Of a stretch of 64,000 nucleotides of DNA, positions 11,955-25,290 are shown one piece after another. This stretch comes from Rhynchobatus australiae (lineage: Eukaryota). The stretch covers positions 14,861,934-14,925,933 of the forward strand of contig JAUZTB010000062.1 in NCBI GenBank assembly GCA_034780895.1, read 5' to 3'. Under the pieces are notes generated by a model. That model was given only the letters and a program-made list of their open reading frames with translations. It searched no databases and was not told where the DNA came from. The translations under genes and the position numbers were made by a program. Every line of letters begins with the position of its first letter. Positions within the stretch are counted from its first letter, which is position 1.

Positions 11955-12872
11955 CCTGGAACATCTGGCGGTCAAGTGTTGTCTGTTTTATCTGCCAAGG
12001 GAGTTCTCCGCTGTCATCCTGGTAGCAGTGTACATTCCACCCCTGCCAAATGGCACTGGAGGAGCTGAGCACTGTGATCAACAGTCATGAGACAGCATAC
12101 CCTGATGACTTCCTGATCATCATGGGGGACTTTAACCAGGCTAGCTTGAAGAAATCTCTGACAAACTACCAGCAAACATCTCACCTGCAGAACCAGAGAA
12201 GCCAACACACTTGATCACTGTTACATCTCCATCAAGAATACTTACTGTGCCATCCCACGCCCGCACTTCGGCAAGCCTGATAACCTGGCTGCACTTCTAC
12301 TCCTGACATATAGGCAGGTAATGAAGACCACAGTACTAGTGCTGAGGACTGTGAAGGTACGGTCAAGGGAGGCCGAGGAGCATTTACAGGACTGCTTTGA
12401 ATCAGTGGACTGGAGCATATTGAGGGATACATCTTCAGATCTGAATGAATATGTCATGGCTGTCATGATTTCGTCAAGACCTGCGTGGATGAGTGTGTGC
12501 CGTTAAGAACATACCAAGGTTTCCCAAACCAGAAGCCCTGGATGAACCAGGAGGTTCACAGTCTGCTGAGGGCTAGGTCTGTGGTGTTCAAGACCGGCGA
12601 TCCAGAATCCTACAAGAAGTCCAGGTATGACCCACGGAAGGCCATCACAAGAGTGAAAAGGCAATTCCGTGTGAAGTTGAAGACCCAAGCGGATGCACAA
12701 CAGCTGTGGCAGGGTTTGTTTGCCATTACTTCCTGTAAGGCGAAACCTAACAGCATAAATGGCAGTGATGCTTCACTCCCTGATGAGCTCAACACCTCTA
12801 ATGCATGCTTTGAAAGGGAGAATAGCACGACACCTGTGCGAATCCCCACAGCATCTGGCGACCCTCTGATCT
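11955..12872 (+). mobile_element. Rex1/Babar-like LINE ORF2 fragment (AP endonuclease and linker), frameshifted
   Basis: Peptides YLPREFSAVILVAVYIPP, MGDFNQASLKKSL, TLDHCY, LQDCFESVDW and FPNQKPWMNQEV across shifting frames; runs into a gap. Confidence 0.75.
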
Positions 12873-14078
12873 NNNNNNNNNNNNNNNNNNNNNNNNNNNN
12901 NNNNNNNNNNNNNNNNNNNNNNNNNNNNNNNNNNNNNNNNNNNNNNNNNNNNNNNNNNNNNNNNNNNNNNNNNNNNNNNNNNNNNNNNNNNNNNNNNNNN
13001 NNNNNNNNNNNNNNNNNNNNNNNNNNNNNNNNNNNNNNNNNNNNNNNNNNNNNNNNNNNNNNNNNNNNNNNNNNNNNNNNNNNNNNNNNNNNNNNNNNNN
13101 NNNNNNNNNNNNNNNNNNNNNNNNNNNNNNNNNNNNNNNNNNNNNNNNNNNNNNNNNNNNNNNNNNNNNNNNNGTTTTATGAATTATGTTATCAATAGAA
13201 AAAATGCAATACTGCAGAAACATCAGAAAAAAATTTTCAGTTTGTAGAGAGACATGCTAAGGGAATTTTTTGAACACTCTATATTGCAGACACTGTTGTA
13301 GACTACTGTGGCAGAATGGCCAGAGCCAAGGTGCAGGTTAAAGCTGTTCAGGTGACTCAAATGGAGACACAAGAGACAGCAGGTGCTGGAATCTGGAGCA
13401 ACAAAGCGAGTTGAGTAGTGAGAAGGAAAGGAATTGTCAATGTTGTTTCAGGGTTTCAGATTGAAACCTTGATGACCCTAAATGTCGACACTTCCTTTTC
13501 TACCACAGATGCTGGTTNNNNNNNNNNACCTGCTAAGTTCCTCCAGCAGACTGTTTGTTGTCCACATGACTCAAATGCTGCAGTGGCACCTACCAGTCAC
13601 TTGATGGTGTGAATGAGCTAAGTCCCTTTGAATGTATTAATAAAAGTTTTGGATATACCATTATGAATCACATGCTGCAATAACAATAATCCATTTTGTC
13701 CTCATTGATTTTATTTGAATAAAGATGACAAATTGCCCTTTATCCCCACAAACTCAAAGAAAAATTAGATTTTGGACTGGGATGTTTCACATTAGAACCA
13801 CCTGCAAACAGAAAAACTACTCCAAATCAGTACCTCACTGAATATCAACCAACATCTCACCACAACACCTGCTTCCTCCCAGCATTTATCATCATCTTGT
13901 ACTATGGAGAAAGCCAGAATTAAAAGCTATGTTAATGCAGGAAATGAAAGAAAATAAAATAAACAAATCACAGCCCAGGGAGATGTATGACTGCTTTACC
14001 TTTTAAAAGCTTGAGAATCAAATCAATGGTTTCAATACATTTTTAATTAATGGATAATTTAAGCATTTATCTTCTTAC

Positions 14079-14210
14079 CACAATCATGACATATTTTAAG
14101 CCCTTTTGGTGAAATTCATCCACCATCTGTGGATAGTCACCAAAGTACTCTAAGTTGTAAGTGAAGTCTTTCCTCCTGTCCATGTAATCTATGTCATTCC
14201 ACTGTACATC
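14079..14210 (-). CDS. GAA: GAA copy A exon 8 ([44 protein letters not shown])
   Basis: 132 nt; WNDIDYMD motif. Confidence 0.96.
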
Positions 14211-14884
14211 CTGAAGAAACAAAAATGATTAGGAAAGAAACAGTTTTGGCTCCTGCTATTAATCAATAATTTAGATGTGAAATATTCTTATACTTTGAGC
14301 TTATTTCCCTGCTTGTAGGATTACATCATACATTCTTGAGTCCAGACTAAAGACACATAATTGAATACATACAATTTGAAAAGGTACCTCTTTACAAGGG
14401 AAGATAAACTATCTTTGCAGACTGTTGCCCACAATTTCTATGTATAGCAGAAACAAAAGTGATTTTGTATTCTAAAAATTGTGCAGATTTAACTTTTTTG
14501 CTTCTGCTGAAAAAAATCTAATGGATACAATACACCAATCCACCATCCTGCTCAAAAGTTTCCAAACTGAACCACTAAGAAGTCCAAACAGGCTGAAAAC
14601 ATTTCATATGAAAAGAACATTTCAACTCAGCAATGTTCTTTGATTAACCAACTCTAGGAGCATTCCAACTGTATTGGTAAGAATGAAAGCACAGGGACCT
14701 AAGGTCTGTCTCACCAGGAATTTCCTTAGTTTGCACAAATACTTATTTGGAGCAGAGTGGGAAGACTCCCAATGGCTGTTCATCAACCAGGGTGAGTGTA
14801 TGAGAACCAGTGATGTCTTTGAACATTGTGAACTTTACTGGCTCTGGTATATTACTGTCTATGTATAGACTCTGTACACTCTGA

Positions 14885-15310
14885 GTCATTGAGTTGTACA
14901 GCATAGAAATGTCTCTTCGGTCCACTGCTTCCATGCCAACCTTTTTTCTCATCTACACTAATCCTATTTGCTTAGGTGAGGTCTGTATCCTTCTATCCCT
15001 AGCCTTTTCAAGTGTCTATCCATATGTCTCTTAAACACAGTGATTGTATCTAATTCTACCACTATTCTGGTCCCAGATATCAACCATTCTCTGTGTAAAA
15101 TAACTTACTGCACAAATTCCTCTTAAAACTCCTTCCTCTCACCTTATGCCTTCTTGTTTTTGACACCCCTACAATGGGGAAAAGAATTCTATTTACCCTA
15201 TCAATTGCTCTTATAATGTTATACATCTCATATCAGGTTACCCCTCAGCCTTCTTCACTTCAGAGAAAACAAGTCTAACTAAAGTCTCCCAATCCAGGCA
15301 ACATCCAATA
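14885..15310 (-). mobile_element. CR1-like LINE 3' fragment
   Basis: Reverse CR1 tail (ctcagccttcttcacttcagagaaaacaa). Confidence 0.6.
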
Positions 15311-15579
15311 AACCATAGTCAGGTCAACCATCTCGAAGCAAGCACAACCTCAAAGACATCCAGCTATCTCCCTTCCACAAGGGAAATAATTGCTCATTCA
15401 TCATTTGGTAAATGATAACTCATGTACAAATCCTTACTTAACAAGCTGCAGATACTGAGACCATCTCACAAGTGGGCTAGTAAACATCATAGCACTCTAC
15501 AAAATGGATTGACACCAAGTTCTTAACACAGCATACCCCAATGAATGGTGATGCTACTTACCTGGGTAATGTCTTGTCT

Positions 15580-15905
15580 GAACATAGAACAGTACAGCAC
15601 AGGACAGGCCCTTTGGTCCACGATGTTGGGTCAAACTATTTAAACTATTGACTCCTAATTAATCTAATCCCTCTTCCCCATACATTGACAATATCCCTCC
15701 CTTCTTTGCATATTTATGTGTCTATCTAAGATTCTCTTAAATGCTCCTATACTACCTGTCTCTACCACCACCCCTGGCAGTGCATTTCAGGCCCCCATCA
15801 CTCTCTGTGTAAAAAAAAACTTGTTTCGTACATCTCCATTGTGCTTCTCCCTCTCATCTTAAATACATGCCCTCTCGTACTAGATATTTCAATCTTGGGA
15901 TTGAA
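15580..15905 (-). mobile_element. CR1-like LINE 3' end
   Basis: aacatagaacagtacagcacaggacaggccctt tail; STRGHVFKMRG...FFLHRE peptide. Confidence 0.7.
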
Positions 15906-16718
15906 AATCTGCCCGGACTTTTTAACTGAAGTCCAAATCAAAGCAATCAACAAGTTGACAGAAGTGGAGATGAGTTTGCATGGATGTAAGCTCAGCTGTT
16001 GGAATAGTTCGGCATCTTTAAACAGGTGCTGCACATTTTATTTTTATGACAATGTGTTTTATGGTTTTGCAAACCAAGTATAATTCAGCAGACACATTCT
16101 TTATAGAACCGCAAGTCATTATTGTTCATCCATACAATAAATCAAACAGAAATGTGAGCCATAGTAAGTTCTTCCAACGATCTAAATGATCTTCCAGCTA
16201 CACATTAAGTTCCAATCATTGAATATCTCCAACTAGAGGCAGCCTAACAAGCTCCTCTTGAAAGCAATACTGACTTTATTCTTGATCTTCTGCAAGTCCC
16301 ATTATCAATGTCCCATGACTGACCAATAATTAGAAATTCAGATGGACGAGTCTCTTAAGTATTGTGGATATCAGAGTGGGACTAAGGCCAGCTATCCCAC
16401 AGTGGTTGATTCACTGCCCATCTTCCCAAGGCCTTTTCAAATTTATAAATCATGTCAGGATAATGATGGCATAAAATCCATTTGCCTGAACGAGTGCAGC
16501 TCCAGTTACATCCAGGACATTTAACTGGCAATCTGTCCATCACCCTGAACATTCACTGCCTCCACATTCTTGGCCTCATGCTGTGATACAAGGATGAAAA
16601 TGCTCATTTACTCAAATATTTTACTATAAAATATTATAATGGACAGACTTACTTAGATCATGTAGCAGTTCTGTGATATGTTTTAAGAGAATGTTTTACT
16701 TTGAAAACTAAAAATCAC

Positions 16719-16837
16719 CTGAGGAATGTTGGCTTTGGCCATATTCTCCACAACCTGTCGGGTGACATTTGTGCTCTTGTAACCAAATCGACACAGGTGG
16801 AATCCCAGGCTCCAGTACGGAGGCATTATTGGGTAAC
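16719..16837 (-). CDS. GAA: GAA copy A exon 7 ([39 protein letters not shown])
   Basis: 119 nt; PPYW.LGFHLCR motif. Confidence 0.95.
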
Positions 16838-17649
16838 CTACGCAGTTATGAAATAAAATATGGGAAGATACATCATGATATTCTGATAAAAAGAAAATGA
16901 TTTGAACTTGTATAGTACCTCTCATAACATCTTTATAGCTAATGAGTGTTTTCTTTGAAGTGTAGTCTCTGCTGTAATGTTAGAAAGATAGCAATCGAGT
17001 TCTACATGGCTGTGGTAAGGACAAGATAATCTGTTCCATTCAATCATTGAAATTCATGACATGGAAGTAGACCCCTTAGTTACTTGTCTCCATAGATTGA
17101 AGTACATCAAGTTCTCATCCATGTATATTGCAAAGGTGACAAGAGTTACTGACTCAGCCATTCTCAGGTATTGAACTATAGACCCCAATCTGCCTGGTTT
17201 ATAAAAACACTTTAATCCTTCCCTTGTTGCCTTAATTCTATTCATTCAGATGAGGAAACATAGTATTTTCCATTCATCCTTTCCAGATCTCTCATAATAA
17301 TGCCGATGTTCGGTAAAGTTAGTAAAGGGTCAAACTGACAATTCACGAGCAATGGCACCTATAACAGGGGAAGAAGGAATTGTTCCATTTGAGGGGGAGG
17401 TGGAGTGTGTGGCTTCATTTGAACTGGGCTGACTGCAGAATCCTTGCAAATTGAGTAACTAGAGTTATAGTTGAGGCTTTATACTAAATAGTGCAAGAGA
17501 GGGCAGTGGTAAAATAAAATTCAGAAAGTTGAAGAGAAAAGGTAAAACCATTGTTCAGGGAGGCAAAATGGGTAATGATTATCAGAGTTTGTCAGAAGTG
17601 AATAAAGTATATAAAACTAAGAGAATAATTTAAAAAAGAGTCAGGACAG

Positions 17650-18575
17650 GGAAAAATGGTAAAAAGACAAAATAGAATGCAAGTATTGTTTGTAACAAAG
17701 GAGGTGAATTAACAGTATAAACAGAAGCAAATGGGTATGATTTAAGGGTCATTACAGAGAAGCTGATGTAAAGTAACCAAGGTTGAGAACTAAATGTTCC
17801 AGGATATTTAATTTTTGGAAGAGATAGGGAAATGGAAAAGGAGGTGCAACAGTCCTGGTATTAAAATAATGGGATAAAGACTAGAGGGAAAGGACCTTAG
17901 GTAAAAAAAAATCAATTAGAATTCAATTGGGTGAAGCTTAGAAACAGTANNNNNNNNNNNNNNNNNNNNNNNNNNNNNNNNNNNNNNNNNNNNNNNNNNN
18001 NNNNNNNNNNNNNNNNNNNNNNNNNNNNNNNNNNNNNNNNNNNNNNNNNNNNNNNNNNNNNNNNNNNNNNNNNNNNNNNNNNNNNNNNNNNNNNNNNNNN
18101 NNNNNNNNNNNNNNNNNNNNNNNNNNNNNNNNNNNNNNNNNNNNNNNNNNNNNNNNNNNNNNNNNNNNNNNNNNNNNNNNNNNNNNNNNNNNNNNNNNNN
18201 NNNNNNNNNNNNNNNNNNNNNNNNNNNNNNNNNNNNNNNNNNNNNNNNNNNNNNNNNNNNNNNNNNNNNNNNNNNNNNNNNNNNNNNNNNNNNNNNNNNN
18301 NNNNNNNNNNNNNNNNNNNNNNNNNNNNNNNNNNNNNNNNNNNNCAATGGCTGTGAAAGTAAATAAATTTTGATATTCAATAGCCAAGAGGGCCGTAGAA
18401 GCTAGTCACTGAGTACATTCAAAACAGATTAATAGATTTTTTTTTAGATACAATGGGAATCAAAGGGATCTGGGGTTAGTCTAGGAAAGTGGTACTGAGG
18501 TAAAAGATCATATTTTGATTGGCAGAGCAAGCACCAGAGCTAAATGGCCTACTCCAGTTTCTATTTCTTATGCTC
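17650..18575 (+). mobile_element. CR1-like LINE (endonuclease start, gap, 3' tail)
   Basis: Decayed NA....NK..EL...YD..ITE...ELNVPGY motif before the gap; CR1 3'UTR (aaatggcctactccagtttctatttcttatg) after it. Confidence 0.55.
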
Positions 18576-19069
18576 ACACTACTAAGATTGAAGCCTGTTT
18601 TTTTTTAATGAAAGTGCAGATAGGACCTATATTGTGCTATTCTACACTGTCTGAATCGAGTTTCATGTAGACTTATTGCTTCTGGAAATTTCACATACTC
18701 TTAGTTCCGACTGGAAAAAAACATTTTGACCACAGAACTGAAACACTAATCTGAATTGTTAGGGTAGAGGTGTGGAGGGTAAAGAGGAAGATGTTGGTTG
18801 GAAAAGTCAATTTTAGTCTTTATCAAATATTAAGAAAACCATTTAAAATAATCATATTTTCTTTTGCAACTTAGTAAATTCTCTCTTGCTTCAAAGATTC
18901 CAATTTTCTTTAGGTTTCTTAATATACATAATTACAGACCATTTTCAATCTTCCTATCTTAATTTTTGGTAACATTAACAATGCATAACAATCAGAAGAC
19001 TAAGGATTACTCAACTGTGAGCCAATTCTAAATATTCATCATACTTAATGGCAATAACTTCACCCTTAC

Positions 19070-19189
19070 CAATAACATCCATGTATTGCCTGATCACCGT
19101 TTTTGGATTTGGACCCAAGAACACATAAAAATCAAAGATTCCTCCAATGGCCCTCCAGGTTAGAGCAGGGGATGGCTGAAGTAAAACAT
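19070..19189 (-). CDS. GAA: GAA copy A exon 6 ([39 protein letters not shown])
   Basis: 120 nt; cag/gtaagg boundaries. Confidence 0.95.
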
Positions 19190-20309
19190 CTGGATAAAAT
19201 TAAATTATGTTAATTCTCTAGCACAGCATTCACTTAATAATCAATACCATAAAGGGAAATGTAAACAGAATTATTTGTAATTCGTTATCCATGGAAGAAA
19301 GGCATTTCACAAGGATGGGAAAGGATGGCAAGGAGATTTATGAGACTGATCCCATGAACTAAGGAGTTCAGTTATATGGAGAGAGTGGCAAGACTGTGGT
19401 TAGTTTCCTTAAAGCAAAGGAGATCAGTTGAGGGTTGAACAAAATGTTCAAAATCATTGAATATCTAGAATACAGACAAAAAAATTTTTAGTTACAGGAG
19501 GGATAACTAAAGGATACAGATTTAAGTTATCTGGTGAAAAAAAATGAGTAGAGGAGTAGAAACAGAATTATTGGGAACTTTCTAAAAGGAATTGGAGAAA
19601 TATGTGGTAAATTTAGCACAACGAAACAGCTGGGGGTAGGAATAATTTTGATCGTTCTTTCAAAGAGCTGGCAGAATGACAATGGGCTGAACGGTCTCAT
19701 ATTGTGCTTTAGGATCTCATGAATATAGATCTTTAAGAATGCTGATCTCAGCTGTCCAAAGAAATGGCATACAAAACCTTACTTTGAAAGATCAGGAANN
19801 NNNNNNNNNNNNNNNNNNNNNNNNNNNNNNNNNNNNNNNNNNNNNNNNNNNNNNNNNNNNNNNNNNNNNNNNNNNNNNNNNNNNNNNNNNNNNNNNNNGG
19901 GAAGCAGCTTCGAATACGTTGTGATAGTTCACAATTATACTTTTTGAAATTCAGTATTTGATTTGTATATACAGCATTTATTGCAAAAAAGTGCCCACAG
20001 GAAGTGTGAAAGATCAAAAACAAATTAAGCTACAACATGCAGGCATGACAAAAATGCTTAATCTGTATTCCTGTTCAGCTACAAAGATAGTTTAATATTA
20101 AATAGTGCTATCAGATTATAAAAAACAAACCGCTGGAGGAACTCAGCAGGTTAAGTAGCATCTATGGAGCTCAAGGGATGGTCGCATTTTGGGTCCAACC
20201 CTGCATCAGGTCCATAATTTTGCTTCAGATTCCAGCATCAGCAGTCCCTTACCTCTATCAAATTATAAACTGGGTTCAATTTGTATATCCAAGCAGGCTA
20301 AATTCTTAC

Positions 20310-20406
20310 CTTTGGCATTGCTGTTTAACAGGAAAACACCATGAGCTGACCCATCCTCTTCCATCACCAAGTAAAAAGGGTGTGAGCCATATAAATTGGA
20401 ATTTGG
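20310..20406 (-). CDS. GAA: GAA copy A exon 5 ([32 protein letters not shown])
   Basis: 97 nt; NLYGSHPFY and HGVFLLNSN motifs. Confidence 0.95.
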
Positions 20407-21019
20407 CTGCAAAAACATGACAGTGTTGGTGACAGCTCACATAAACATTTCTCACCTGGATTCATAATACATCTTCTGAAAATGTGTGCAAGTTTATTGT
20501 GAAATGAACTTTGAAAGTTCCTCTTTACAAATTTTCTCCTCACGGCTTGTAACTGCATCAAAATAGGTTATGTTCAGTGGGCACCAGGATCTCTTTACAA
20601 GCCTGGAAATTAAATTGGAAGGCACATTTTATTTGTTAGATGGGCTGTCACAACTAAATATGCTCCTTTCATCACCTGACATTCACACACATGTACCTTC
20701 CTGCACAGTGCTTAGCAATCGGAAGTGAGAACACTATTTGATTTCATTCTAATCATTTCCTTTAGGAGCAAAATCAGCAAGGATCCTGCTCACTGTAGGC
20801 CAAGCCAATATTGTCTTGACTGGATCTTGGATATAAGATTGTATTTAGGAATTTGTAAGGCCACTTTCCAGGCACCAATTCTTTGGGAAAAATAGAAGAC
20901 AATGGGGGTCAGAAAGAACAGGATTGATACTGTGTGTTGGATATGGTATGGAGCAGGTTGCAGGAATTTTGAAGCATGCAATGAGTGGGGAGATGGCAAA
21001 AAAGAACATTGAAAATGTT

Positions 21020-21360
21020 CATAAGATCATAGAATAGTACAACACAGTAACAGGCTCTTCTGGCCTAACTCGTCCACGACGACCATGATGCCTGTCTATG
21101 CTCATCCCATTTGCCTGCATCCCACTGAGCCTTTCCTACCCAAGTACCTGTCCAAACGCTGTAACTGTATCTGCCTCTACCACCTCCTCTGGCAGCTCAT
21201 TCCAGTTAACCACCACCCTTTCTGTTAAAAAGCTAGTCCTTAGATCTCATTAAAATTTCTCCTGTCTCACCTGAAACCGATGACCTCTAGTTCTAAACTC
21301 TCCTACCATGGAAAAAAGACTATCTATTCTATCTACATCCCTCATAACTTTATAAACCAT
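21020..21360 (-). mobile_element. CR1-like LINE 3' end
   Basis: Reverse CR1 tail (ctctaccacctcctctggcagctcattccag). Confidence 0.65.
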
Positions 21361-21760
21361 GTTGAGTTTTATTATTGTGCAACTATAAAAGAAAGTTTCA
21401 GCATCTATCTGAGTGAGGTATCAAGGTGAACCACATCAAATTGGAAATTAGAAATAAATACCCTTGATTGTGAAAGGGGAAAGAAGCTTAACACAAGGCC
21501 AAACATGATAAAAGGTCTGCAGAACGATTCAGCTTTAAGGAAGCACAAACAGACTTTAAAATCAAGATTTACATTGCAAGAATTAAGAGCTTTGCACCCA
21601 CTTGGGGCTTGCATGACCCCAAATAGCTGCTGGATCTTCAGCACTTATTCTGCGATTTCTTCATTGGCAAAACAGGAATTTACCTTTTGATGCTTCATTA
21701 CAGCGAGAACTGGACATCTCTGGCTACCATTCTTCTTAAACAGAAACAAAAAGTACTTAC

Positions 21761-21926
21761 ATGAGGTCCTTGATCCCGATTCCAGAGAGTTAATCGAGTC
21801 CAATTGACATTCAGTACTAGATTTGTCAGGTGCTCGCCCAGCCCTGAAATGTGTTGCGAGGCCAGGGAGGTAGAGATCTGCAGAAACTGGTCAGCAAAAA
21901 ACAGTGGCCCCACTGTTGTATTCAGC
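21761..21926 (-). CDS. GAA: GAA copy A exon 4 ([55 protein letters not shown])
   Basis: 166 nt; ctag/gtaagt boundaries. Confidence 0.96.
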
Positions 21927-23349
21927 CTAGAGAAAATAAAATAATAGGATATACAGAACATCATGCCACTTAAAAATACTAGAAGAGCTCATTAAAAATG
22001 CTGGAACATATGATTTATGTGAAGAAGGAAATGGTCCTAATGGAGGCAAATGGCATTGGTGTAGATGGCAAAAAGATTGGACGTGGTAGGCTGAAGGACC
22101 TCTTTCTGTGCTGTTCAACTCTATGGTTGCTTAATAGATTTGCTTTTGTTTAAAGTCTTATTGTTCATTGTTCCATACAATTATGAAGTGTGTATATCGG
22201 GAGGAGACAATTATCTTCCTGCCCAGTCTTTTTAAAATTCATTTTATGTGACAAAGGCATCACTGGTAAGAACACCATTTATTGTCCATTTCTAATGTAA
22301 AAGTAGCCTTCTTAAGCAGCTGCATTTCTTCCAGTGAAACATCTCCACAATGCTATTGGGTGGGAAGTGCAAGATACACACTTAGCGACAATGACGGAAT
22401 GGCAGCATATTTCCAAGTCAGACTTGGAAAGGAACCTAGAGATGATGGTATTCCAATGAACCTGCCGCCCCTATTCTTTCGGGTGGTAGAGCTTTAAACT
22501 CTGTGGAATTTAAACAGTGTAAGCTTTTACAATATTGCATTTCAGAACTATCCTTAAACTATGACTAGAATGAAATCCAGATTTGTAAAACTTTCTTTTA
22601 TCTTGATTTACTGCAAATTTTGTAGGAAGAAATAGAAGGGAAATAAAGAAATTTCAGAGTCATATACCAGGCTTGCCAGCACATCTGTTGTGGACAAGAG
22701 CAGGGTATTACAGCAAAGGGTATCTTCCTATTTTTTTTCTGGATGCCACAATTTGTGTTTAGAAAGGATCAAGTTACCCAGTCATTTCCATTCTAATTAA
22801 AAATGAATTAATTTGCTTTGGAAATGTGTTTCCATCACCATGTTTTTAAATTAATCTAACCACAAGTGGAAAGATTAGCCTCTTGCTGGTTTTCTCCTCA
22901 GGTGAAAGGTTCATACTGGAAAACAATTCACAACTCGCTTGTTTCTCACCAAACAGTGATTTTTCATGTGAATTTTAGCTATCCAAGTTTCTCAATTCGC
23001 AAGATCACGAGACAAATTGACCTTATTTTACTTATCTAACAAGAAAGAAAAACCTTAGAAGGGGAATAACTTCTCCAGAACATAAAAGCACAGCACAAGT
23101 AGATTCTAGCTTTTAAAGTCTGCTGTACCAGTCAATAAGATTGTGGCTAACCTACCACGACTCCACTTTCCAACTCCTAGAGAAAAAAACATTTTTGGAT
23201 TCTGTCATTAACAGAAAAATCTGTTCATCTCTCATCCTAATCAATATTGCTGACCACTTATTCTAAAGCTGCAATCTCCATTTTTTGACCTCCCCGGCTA
23301 ACAGTGACATCGTCCAACATTTCACTGATCAATCTCCCAGGGAATTTTA

Positions 23350-24610
23350 AAAAAACAGAAATGTTGGAAATGATCAGCAGGTCAGGCTACATCTGTCAGA
23401 GTAGTAATAGAGCTAATGCTTCAGCTTAAAGAGGTGACCACAGAGATAAGCTGTAAACATTGAGTGAATGGGAGCAGTTAGAGAGTGAGAACATAGGCAA
23501 AAGAACATGGACAAAAGAATGTAGGAGCTTTGAAATGCAGAGCAGGAAGACATGCCCAACAGGCCAGGCTGGGAATGCCCTCCACTCCTAGAGAGGGAAA
23601 AAAGGAAAGGGAAAAATAAAATGAGTTACAGATGTACAACTGATATCAACCAAGAAGTCAAGTTACCTGAAGTTGTAGGATTCAATCTTGAGCCCGGAAG
23701 GTTGCAACATGACCAGGCAGAAAATGAGGGAATGTTCCTCAAGCTTGTGTTGGGCCTCACTGTGACAGTGCAGGAGCCACAGAACACATGGCAGAGTGGG
23801 AGTGGGATGAAGAATTGAAGTGGCAGGCAACTATAAGCTCAGGGTTGCCCCTATGGACTGAATGTAGGTGTTCTGCAAAGTAATCACCAAATCAGAGTTT
23901 CATTTCTCCAAAGTAGAGTAGTCAAGAGAGTTGTTGAAGTCAGTAGGCTTTAATGGATGTTAGTAGCTCGTCTATCTCCTGGAGACAGAGAGATCCTGAA
24001 AAGGAAGGGTCAGCAATTGACCATGTGAACGTGAGGGAAGGGTGGAAACTGGCAGCAAAATTAATGGAACAGTTGAGTGAGGAGGTAGTACACATCAATG
24101 TACTAGGAAAAAAAAAGTGAGGGAGTGGGCTCAAAGACTGTTCCACAAAAAGACAGGCATTGCTTGAACCCATGCCCATAGTTACATCTTTGATCTGGTG
24201 AAACTGAGTGGAGTTGAAGGAGAAGTTGCTCATTGTGAGAACTCAGGCAGGTGAATGGGTGTATTGGTGAAAAGGAAGTGGTTGGGCCTGAGCTCAAGGA
24301 AGAAGCGGAGGGCCCTCAGACCATCCTGATGTGGAATGGAGGTGTAAAGGGATTGTACATCCATAGTAAAGATGGATCAGTTGTTGGGACCAGGGAACTG
24401 GAAATGGTCAAAATAACAGATGGCATCAGAGGTGTCACAGATATAAGTGGGAAGGGACTGGACCAGATGAGTAAGGACAGAGTCAAGTAGGAAGAAACAA
24501 GTTCAGTGGGACAAGAACAGGCTGAAACAACAGGTCTGCCAGGGCAGACCTGCTTGTGGATTTTGGGCAGGAGATAGAAGCAGTCTGTGCAGGGATGGGC
24601 AGCATAGCAA
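23350..24610 (-). mobile_element. Penelope-like retroelement relic (RT, GIY-YIG endonuclease, terminal repeat), internally deleted
   Basis: Minus-strand peptides [35 protein letters not shown] (about 24.5 kb), NFSFNSTQFHQIKDVTMG and INFAASFHPSLTFTWSI (RT), then LYFGE...FAEHLHSV...VACHFNS...KLEEHSLIF..LQPSG (GIY-YIG, 23660-23920). Confidence 0.8.
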
Positions 24611-24924
24611 TAGAGGCCCTGTCCTCAGAAACCCCGAACATAAGCCAAAACTGGGAGTGGAGCTTTGCCTTTTGTCAAAGCTGCTACTGATTATGTTTTA
24701 AATATCTGACAAAAATATTAAAATTGAATAATTAAAAATAAATTGGCTTGTCTGGCTTGTCCTCCTGCTCTGCATTTTGCAACTTCCACATTCTTTTGTC
24801 TATGTTCTCATTCTCTAACTATTCTCATTCACGCAATGACCAGATAACCTTGTTTACAGCTTATCATCCTGGCCAACCCAATCTTCCCCTTTCAGCGATG
24901 TTTCCCCCTTCCCTTAACAAGGAG

Positions 24925-25290
24925 ACAGAAGAAATTGCATATGCTGGAAATCTGGAGCAACANNNNNNNNNNNNNNNNNNNNNNNNNNNNNNNNNNNNNN
25001 NNNNGAGGGAAATAGACAGTTGATGTTTCGGGTTGAGACTTTTCATCGGGACAGGTAAAGAGTCTTGATGAAGGGTCCTGACCCGGAACATTGACTGCCA
25101 TTTCCCTCCATAGATGCTGCCTGACTCACTGAGTTCCTCCAGCATCCTGTGTGTTGCTGCAGCTTAATGAGCTTCTTTTGTCTCCCTTCAGTTCTGATGA
25201 AGGGTCTCCAACCTGAAATATTGCATCTATGGAAAGAGAAAGAGAGTCAGCCTGACCTGCTGAGTGATTCCAGCATTTCTATTTTTGTTT
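24925..25290. repeat. Palindromic Penelope-terminus element with degenerate hammerhead cores
   Basis: Head-to-head arms centred near 25057; three (C)TGATGA-stem-GAAA-like motifs. Confidence 0.55.

Noticed and set aside
15555-15580. Strong minus-strand donor CAG|GTAAGT with slight resemblance to the end of exon 7
   Set aside because: No acceptor or GAA-like frame upstream (CR1 sequence), and the similarity is too short.
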